From Minisyncoccota bacterium (GTDB taxonomy: Bacteria; Patescibacteriota; Minisyncoccia; Phycocordibacterales; XYD1-FULL-46-19), in contig JBAZNO010000001.1 of the NCBI GenBank assembly GCA_041649195.1, positions 1 to 30,544 of the forward strand: a DNA stretch of 30,544 nt, written 5' to 3'. Made by a program: the position numbers and the translations under genes. Every line of letters starts with the position of its first letter. The stretch's first letter is position 1. Shown here in pieces: positions 24,813-30,544 of this stretch. Under the pieces are notes generated by a model. It was not told the DNA's origin. It did not search any database and saw nothing but the letters and a program-made list of their open reading frames with translations.

Positions 24813-26135
24813 TTATACCAATCGTCCGCGCAATTTTCTATGGTAAGAGAGTGCAAAACGATGGGCCTCGGCATTGGCCTCAATTATCGCCTGACGATAA
24901 TCCCGAATAATGGCCGAACTTTCTAATTGTCGAGGCAAGCCAATTAATCTTGAAGCCTTATGCTTATCATCTTTAGCCACCCCAATTACAACACATGCCC
25001 CCAAATCCCAAGGGTAATCCTTGGACAAATTTTGGACGACGTTGAGTTGGATTTGGTTGCCATCAACCACAATAATATCGGGCATTGGCCACTCAGGGTG
25101 ATTAAAACGTCGCTCGAGAATTTCGCGCAGATTTTCGGGATCATTGATTCCCACTTCTGCGTTATTTCTGCGTTTCGTCTGCGTCCGTCCGCGTAATTTA
25201 AATTTCTTGTATTCACTTCTCTGCATTTCACCATCTTGCCACACCGTCATTGCCCCAGTCGTGTTTTTACCCGATAAGTGGGCAATGTCGTAGGCTTCAA
25301 TTCTAATTTGAGCCCGAGGTGAGTCCTTAAGTGAGCCCAAGGTCTCTCCTCGGGCACCTTTTGCCTTCAACAACGACACATCCCGAATATGATTTAACGC
25401 AAAAATTTGATCGCGAATTTTTCCCGCTTTTTCAAATTCTTTTTTCTTGGCCAAAACCTTCATCCCGCGTTCAAGATTTTTTATCACTTCTTTTTTCTTC
25501 CCCTCAAAAAATAATTTAATATTCCGCACAATCTTGCGATAATCAGTTTTTGAAATCTCACCAGTACAAACTCCCGGACAAAGGCCAATTTGTTTGTTAA
25601 AACAAGGCTTGCCAGAATTTGGCAGACATTTATCTCTATACGGAAAAATTTTGCGGATAATCTTCAACGCCTCTTTCATCTCTGCCCCATAGGGAAATGG
25701 CCCAAATTGGTCTTTTATCCCCAGTTTTGTATGGTCTATCGAAGTCGAACTTCGATAATTTTTACTCTCTAATTCCCGGCCACGGATTGGGAGAATGCGC
25801 GGAAAGTCTTCGTCAGTGATAATCACATACCAATAACTCTTATCATCCTTCTCGCGAGTGTTATAAGGTGGTTGATGTTTCTTAATTAATTCGGTCTCCA
25901 ACAACAAGGCCTCCAAAACTGAATCCGTTTCCTGCCACTCAATTTTATTTGCTAAAGCAAGCATTTGGGTAATTTTAGGACCCCGAGTCTCCCCTAAATC
26001 TCCAACAAAATAACTCTTCACTCGATCTTTAAGCGAAGTTGCTTTGCCTATGTATAAGATATCTCGCCCACGTTTAAAAAAATACACCCCAGGCGAGTCG
26101 GGCAAATTATGGCATTTTAAGTCTTGACTAAGCAT
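24813..26135 (-). CDS. uvrC: Excinuclease UvrC, short form with no HhH tail recognised
   Basis: LPDSPGVY, LYIGKATSLKDRVKSYF, EALLLE..LIK...P.YN, FGPF, RIEAYDIAH.SG, PDIIVVDG, EAHRFA. Confidence 0.93.
   Translation of the reverse strand: MLSQDLKCHNLPDSPGVYFFKRGRDILYIGKATSLKDRVKSYFVGDLGETRGPKITQMLALANKIEWQETDSVLEALLLETELIKKHQPPYNTREKDDKSYWYVIITDEDFPRILPIRGRELESKNYRSSTSIDHTKLGIKDQFGPFPYGAEMKEALKIIRKIFPYRDKCLPNSGKPCFNKQIGLCPGVCTGEISKTDYRKIVRNIKLFFEGKKKEVIKNLERGMKVLAKKKEFEKAGKIRDQIFALNHIRDVSLLKAKGARGETLGSLKDSPRAQIRIEAYDIAHLSGKNTTGAMTVWQDGEMQRSEYKKFKLRGRTQTKRRNNAEVGINDPENLREILERRFNHPEWPMPDIIVVDGNQIQLNVVQNLSKDYPWDLGACVVIGVAKDDKHKASRLIGLPRQLESSAIIRDYRQAIIEANAEAHRFALSYHRKLRGRLV
25156..25194. repeat. 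Four ~11-bp-period TC(T/C)GCGT units in uvrC
   Basis: Units at 25156, 25167, 25178 and 25188; peptide RGRTQTKRRNNAE. Confidence 0.65.
25312..25355. repeat. Palindromic insertion in uvrC
   Basis: GCCCGAGG-T-GAG-T-CCTT...AAGG-T-CTC-T-CCTCGGGC; peptide ARGETLGSLKDSPRA. Confidence 0.75.
25714..25757. repeat. Partial third copy of the 923/1303 repeat plus a 21-bp hairpin inside uvrC
   Basis: TTTATCCCCAGTTTTGTAT (18/19 identical to 923-941), then GGTC and TATCGAAGT-CGA-ACTTCGATA. Confidence 0.75.
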
Positions 26136-26207
26136 GGTTTATATAATATAACAAATACGGAGAAGTACAAATTTTTTGTAGTAATAACCGGAAAGGAAGG
26201 AAGCACT

Positions 26208-26396
26208 ATGCCAAAGGGAGAGTACGTCAGAACGAGGCCCCCGGCGGGGAGAAAGCAATTCGGACGATTTAGCCTCCGGCCCAAGGGGGTGACCCGGGAA
26301 GATAAAAGAATTGAAGATGCCTTGGCCTCAATGCCGAGTAGCGTTCCCAAGCACCGGAATCCCAGTTTTAGGGCCTCCAAGCCCAAATTAAAATAG
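26208..26396 (+). CDS. Small basic hypothetical protein (62 aa)
   Basis: SD-like GAAAGGAAGG upstream of ATG 26208; hairpin CCCCTCT-TGTG-AGAGGGG downstream. Confidence 0.5.
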   Translation: MPKGEYVRTRPPAGRKQFGRFSLRPKGVTREDKRIEDALASMPSSVPKHRNPSFRASKPKLK

Positions 26397-26429
26397 AGCC
26401 TACCGGCACCCCCTCTTGTGAGAGGGGCC

Positions 26430-26465
26430 AACCACGCAGAGATCTGACTTCAGCTCCGCGTGGTT
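26430..26465. terminator. Hairpin at the uvrA stop (possibly bidirectional)
   Basis: AACCACGC-A-GAG...CTC-C-GCGTGGTT followed by TATTTTTTT. Confidence 0.5.
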
Positions 26466-29200
26466 TATTTTTTTCTTAACGCTCTCTTTAAATATTTGGC
26501 GGTATAAGAACCAAGCCTCTCTGCCGACGGAGCCGGCGCATAAGCCACTTCTTCGGGTGTACCCTTAGCCACTAAATTGCCCCCACCCAAGCCCCCTTCA
26601 GGACCAAGATCAATTACATAATCAGCGCATTTAATTACCTCCATATTGTGTTCAATCACCACCACCGTATTCCCCTTCTCGACTAATTTTTGCAAAATGT
26701 CGTTTAAGTTTTTAACATCTTCATAATGCAAACCAATCGTCGGTTCATCAAGAATATAGATGGTACGCTCAGTGTAGGGACGATAAAGTTCAGACGAAAT
26801 TTTAACGCGTTGGGCCTCACCACCAGAAAGATCGGTGGCTGATTGTCCCAACTCTAAATACCCGAGCCCAACTTCATTAAGCGTTTTTAATCTGTCATGA
26901 ATTGCTGGGATATCGTTAAAAAATTCTAATGCTTCCTCCACTGTCATATGCAAGATCTGGCTAATATTTTTCTTTTTGTATTGTACTTCGAGCGTATCTT
27001 TTTCATAACGTGTGCCCATACACACATCGCAAGGCACATAAATGGTTGGTAAAAAGTGCATCTCCACCGCTACTTCGCCATTACCCTGACAAGCCTCACA
27101 GCGTCCTCCTTGCACATTGAAGGAGAAGCGCGACGCCTTCCACCCCCTTGCTCGCGCGAGCGCCGTTTCGGCCAATAATTCGCGAATAAAGGTAAAGGCA
27201 CCGGTATAAGTGGCCGGATTTGAGCGTGGAGTGCGACCAATGGGCGATTGATCGATCATCACCACCCGACTTAGATATTCGGAACCAGAAAATTCCCTAC
27301 AATTAAATAATTCATTAGTGCGATAACGACGCTCTAGTCGAGCCTGCAAGTTTTTATGCAGGATTTCGTAAACCAACGACGATTTGCCTGAACCAGAGAC
27401 ACCGGTAATCGCCACTAATTTGCCGAGGGGGATATCAACATTTATGTTTTTGATATTAAAGACATTACCGCCGCGAATTTTGATGGTGCCCTTATCCTTG
27501 CTGCGTCGTTTTTCGGGCACCGGGATTTCGATATCGCCTCTTAAATAATCAACGGTAAGAGAATTATAATCATTCTTTTTAGAAGTTAAGAGTCTATCAG
27601 TTTCGCCCGCTACCACAATATGACCACCATGCACACCAGCACCCGGACCAATGTCGACAAGGTAATCAGACGCAAAAATCGTGTCTTCGTCATGCTCCAC
27701 CACCACAATTGAGTTACCTAGATCGCGAAGTTCGAGCAGGGTCTTAATTAATTTATCATTATCGCGCGCATGGAGGCCAATTGTTGGCTCATCAAGCACG
27801 TAAAGAGTACCAACGAGGCGTGAGCCAAGTTGTGAGGCCAAGCGAATACGTTGGGCTTCGCCACCCGACAAAGTGTCGGCTCGACGGCTAAGTTCAATAT
27901 AATCAAGGCCAACATCGTTTAAGAACTTCAGCCGTGCCCCAATTTCTTTAAACAAGACTTCAGAAATGGCTTTTTCTTTGGGGGTTAACTTAATTGTATC
28001 GAAAAGTTTTTTGGCCTCGCCGATCGAGAGATTAACTGTCTCAACGATATTAAGGCCCGCTTGGCCTGAGCCTGTCGAATGGCCAATTCTCACCTGCAAA
28101 GCCTCTGGTCGCAGACGCGCACCATTACAAACTTCGCAAAGCTCATTGCCCCACATATGTTTAGTGCCTAAGCCGTGACACTCTGGGCAAGCACCATAAG
28201 GCGAATTAAAAGAGAAGAGTCGTGGCTCGATTTCAGGGAAGGAGAAGCCGTCGTTGGGGCAGGCAAATTTTGACGATAAAAGGAAAGTATTCTCTTGCCC
28301 TGAGTTTGTCGAAGGGCCGGCCAAAACAATCTTGACCAAGCCCTCCGATTCTTTAAGCGCCCGCTCAACCCCCTCGGTTAGGCGTTCGTTGGCCGAGTCG
28401 GACTTAGCTGAAGCAACAATTGTCGCCAAAGACGATCCTTGCTTGCCCGTCGAAGCCTTGGCAGAGTCGGGAGAAATTTTTAAAGGGGAGTCCTTGGCGA
28501 CCTTTTGATTGAAATCAGCTAAGTTTATCTCATCAATCACCACATCAATATCATGCTTTTTGGTTTTGGTTAGGATAATCCTTTCACGTAATTTGTATTT
28601 TTTGCCATCAATCAAAACTTCGGAGTAACCCTTATCGATCAAATCATAAAGCAATTGATAGTACTCGCCCTTTCGACCCCGAACCACTGGGGCAAGAAGG
28701 GTTACGTTGGCAACGGCGCGAGATCCCATTTCGCTACGCGAAAAACGATCTCTCTCCGTCGCCCCCATTTTTTCTTTAATAAAATTCACAATCTCTTCAT
28801 GCGATAATTTCTCAATCCGCTCGCCACAAATCGGACAATGGGGTTGGCCAATGCGAGCATAAAGCACCCGCAAATAATCGTAAATTTCGGTAATCGTGGC
28901 CACGGTCGAGCGCGGATTGTGCGAACGAGATTTTTGATCAATCGAAATAGCTGGCGAGAGACCCGAGATCTCGTCAACATCTGGCTTAGGTAATTGTTTT
29001 AAAAATTGTCGAGCATAAGCCGACAGTGACTCCACATAACGACGTTGGCCTTCAGCAAAAATGGTATCGAAAGCAAGCGAAGATTTGCCTGAACCCGAGA
29101 GACCAGTAAAAACCACCAGCTTATTGCGCGGTATCTCCAAATTAATATTTTTAAGGTTGTGCGTTCGCGCCCCCTTAATTTTTATTTTATGTTCCTCCAT
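26465..29200 (-). CDS. uvrA: Excinuclease UvrA, insertion domain apparently missing
   Basis: [40 protein letters not shown], two LSGGEAQR signatures, LDEPTIGLH twice, CEAC.G/CDVC.G zinc finger. Start set at ATG 29200. Confidence 0.96.
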   Translation of the reverse strand: MEEHKIKIKGARTHNLKNINLEIPRNKLVVFTGLSGSGKSSLAFDTIFAEGQRRYVESLSAYARQFLKQLPKPDVDEISGLSPAISIDQKSRSHNPRSTVATITEIYDYLRVLYARIGQPHCPICGERIEKLSHEEIVNFIKEKMGATERDRFSRSEMGSRAVANVTLLAPVVRGRKGEYYQLLYDLIDKGYSEVLIDGKKYKLRERIILTKTKKHDIDVVIDEINLADFNQKVAKDSPLKISPDSAKASTGKQGSSLATIVASAKSDSANERLTEGVERALKESEGLVKIVLAGPSTNSGQENTFLLSSKFACPNDGFSFPEIEPRLFSFNSPYGACPECHGLGTKHMWGNELCEVCNGARLRPEALQVRIGHSTGSGQAGLNIVETVNLSIGEAKKLFDTIKLTPKEKAISEVLFKEIGARLKFLNDVGLDYIELSRRADTLSGGEAQRIRLASQLGSRLVGTLYVLDEPTIGLHARDNDKLIKTLLELRDLGNSIVVVEHDEDTIFASDYLVDIGPGAGVHGGHIVVAGETDRLLTSKKNDYNSLTVDYLRGDIEIPVPEKRRSKDKGTIKIRGGNVFNIKNINVDIPLGKLVAITGVSGSGKSSLVYEILHKNLQARLERRYRTNELFNCREFSGSEYLSRVVMIDQSPIGRTPRSNPATYTGAFTFIRELLAETALARARGWKASRFSFNVQGGRCEACQGNGEVAVEMHFLPTIYVPCDVCMGTRYEKDTLEVQYKKKNISQILHMTVEEALEFFNDIPAIHDRLKTLNEVGLGYLELGQSATDLSGGEAQRVKISSELYRPYTERTIYILDEPTIGLHYEDVKNLNDILQKLVEKGNTVVVIEHNMEVIKCADYVIDLGPEGGLGGGNLVAKGTPEEVAYAPAPSAERLGSYTAKYLKRALRKK
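28059..28082 (-). repeat. Family A mini-element in uvrA
   Basis: Minus strand CCATTCGACAGGCTCAGGCCAAGC; peptide HSTGSGQA. Confidence 0.75.
28294..28316 (-). repeat. Family A mini-element in uvrA
   Basis: Minus strand CCCTTCGACAAACTCAGGGCAAG; peptide PSTNSGQE. Confidence 0.75.
28441..28471 (-). repeat. Family B mini-element in uvrA
   Basis: Minus strand CCCGACTCTGCCAAGGCTTCGACGGGCAAGC; peptide [11 protein letters not shown]. Confidence 0.75.
28710..28762. repeat. Palindromic insertion in uvrA
   Basis: GCAACGG..GAGATC..TTTCGC-TAC-GCGAAA..GATCTC..CCGTCGC; peptide [18 protein letters not shown]. Confidence 0.75.
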
Positions 29201-29320
29201 ACAGTTCAACAGCCCTCTGGTTTGCCCATAGGGTAGTGATGCGATTATAACATATTTGTCTATAAACAGAAAGGTCCACCGCGGTGAACCTGTTCTGGCC
29301 ACCTTGGAGGACCCCATTAC

Positions 29321-29587
29321 TTACCGGTCGATGCGCACCAATAGCTTATTTCCTTCTGCCTGAACAATATTTATCCGCGAGGAGAAAGATTCCCTGGCGA
29401 CGGCAACTCCAAAAACCTGAGAATAAGCACCAGCGACAGCATTAAATAAGGATTGCTCAAATTCGACAGTCCGTATCCTACCTGATCCTGCGCCCTCTAT
29501 CTCAACCAAGCACCCTTTACCTATCCTAGTATTGACCAGATCAACGTCCTCCGTCCCGGGCAAGCGTACCAATTTAATTTCAAACAT
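29321..29587 (-). CDS. Hypothetical protein (88 aa)
   Basis: GAAAGGAG SD 7 nt before the ATG; globular composition; GC-rich hairpin with a T-run downstream (~29272-29312). Confidence 0.65.
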   Translation of the reverse strand: MFEIKLVRLPGTEDVDLVNTRIGKGCLVEIEGAGSGRIRTVEFEQSLFNAVAGAYSQVFGVAVARESFSSRINIVQAEGNKLLVRIDR

Positions 29588-29600
29588 ATTGCATCTCCTT

Positions 29601-30544
29601 TCAATCTACTAAAAGAATTGCACATTGGGCGTCACCAGTCAAACTTATTTCACAAATCCGCCGGTTTAGAGACTCTAGGGCTTGGTAGCGATTTTCTAAT
29701 TTGATATTAAAATCACTATTTTTAATAAGCTCCTCACGGTTATCGGCAATAAGGACCGTGTTGTTTTTGTCGACAATTTTTTGAAATACTTTATTTAAGG
29801 TTGGCAGATCACTTAGGTGCAGACCCCGTGAAGGGGTGTCTAATATATAAACGCAGCGATCCCCTAATTTTTTTGATAAAATTTTGGCTAAGCGAACACG
29901 TTGAGCCTCCCCGCCAGATAGGGTTCCCGACTTTTGCCCTAAGGTCAAATAGCCCAGGCCAACCTCCTTGAGAAAACCCAATTTCCGAGTAATGATAGAA
30001 TTGTCTTTAAAAATAACCAGAGCCTCATCAATCGTTTTTTTCTCTAACTCTCTGTGCGATATATTTTTTGGTTTTAATTTCTGAATTTTTGACCAAACAC
30101 CAAGATAGGTGGCCGGCAAACTCGTCTTTATTTTATTGAGTGGGGTTTGGTCAACAAAATAACTTCGGCGGACAAAAGTTTTTCCTTCAATGGGGCCATA
30201 ATGGCCGCCAGCTTCTTTTCTTAAGCGCCAAGCATTTTTACCCTTAAAGAGAGTTTGGTAAACAAGCTCTAAAATTGTTGTCTTGCCTGTGCCAACCTGA
30301 CCAGAGAGACAAACAACTTGTCCCAATGGCAGAGCCAGGTCAAAATTTGTTAAGTTATTTTTGTTAATGCTTTTAATTTTTAATAATTTACCCTTCATTT
30401 GGAGGGCTTTCAAATTAGGAGTTCTTTTATGGTCAACGATCTCAGCCTTATTTGAAAAAACATATTCTGAAGTTGGAGTCTTACTCTTTTTATACTCACT
30501 GATTGAGCCTTGAAAAACGACTTTGCCGCCATCAGAGCCCGAGC
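29601..30544 (-). CDS. Second UvrA-family ATPase, 5'-partial, degenerate C-terminal ATPase site
   Basis: The frame is open to the window edge (SGSDGGKVVFQG, equivalent to UvrA GPGAG..GG.IV..G); [45 protein letters not shown]. Confidence 0.85.
   Translation of the reverse strand, partial: SGSDGGKVVFQGSISEYKKSKTPTSEYVFSNKAEIVDHKRTPNLKALQMKGKLLKIKSINKNNLTNFDLALPLGQVVCLSGQVGTGKTTILELVYQTLFKGKNAWRLRKEAGGHYGPIEGKTFVRRSYFVDQTPLNKIKTSLPATYLGVWSKIQKLKPKNISHRELEKKTIDEALVIFKDNSIITRKLGFLKEVGLGYLTLGQKSGTLSGGEAQRVRLAKILSKKLGDRCVYILDTPSRGLHLSDLPTLNKVFQKIVDKNNTVLIADNREELIKNSDFNIKLENRYQALESLNRRICEISLTGDAQCAILLVD

Noticed and set aside
2021-28980. Remaining short ORFs antisense or out of frame to long genes (e.g. 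3276-3560, 3838-4185, 23320-23769, 26117-26431)
   Set aside because: Shadow ORFs overlapping well-supported genes, with no initiation signals or recognisable motifs.
29201-29317. N-terminal extension of UvrA
   Set aside because: It covers a terminator-like hairpin and a TATAAT promoter; homology starts at [12 protein letters not shown].

Overview
Mostly minus-strand chromosomal segment that looks like a Patescibacteria/CPR (Parcubacteria-like) genome; the taxonomy is inferred from gene content, leaderless promoters and protein style. Housekeeping backbone: mnmA, mltG, a sigma-r4/HARE-HTH protein, leuS, a MacAB-like ABC operon, ychF, an ABC-2 exporter, ddl, a kinase/receiver pair, uvrC, uvrA and a partial second UvrA-like gene. 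There are two tRNA-Ala genes and a 5'-truncated tRNA-Ala pseudogene. The most unusual signals are: (1) about a dozen 20-55 bp palindromic or repetitive mini-elements sitting in frame inside mnmA, leuS, ddl, uvrC and uvrA, plus one inside the tRNA pseudogene, some forming families with a shared CAAGC tail and a compensatory stem change; (2) a 46-bp repeat whose hairpin core is exactly flipped between two copies flanking a small ORFan cassette, with a third partial copy inside uvrC; (3) a ~263-nt candidate structured RNA upstream of leuS; (4) a LeuRS carrying an alpha/beta-hydrolase and a Nudix domain; (5) an AlaE-like exporter convergent on ddl; (6) a perfect three-way-junction palindrome between kinase and receiver genes; (7) a degenerate UvrA paralog. 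All family calls come from motif recognition by eye; no searches or folding programs were run.
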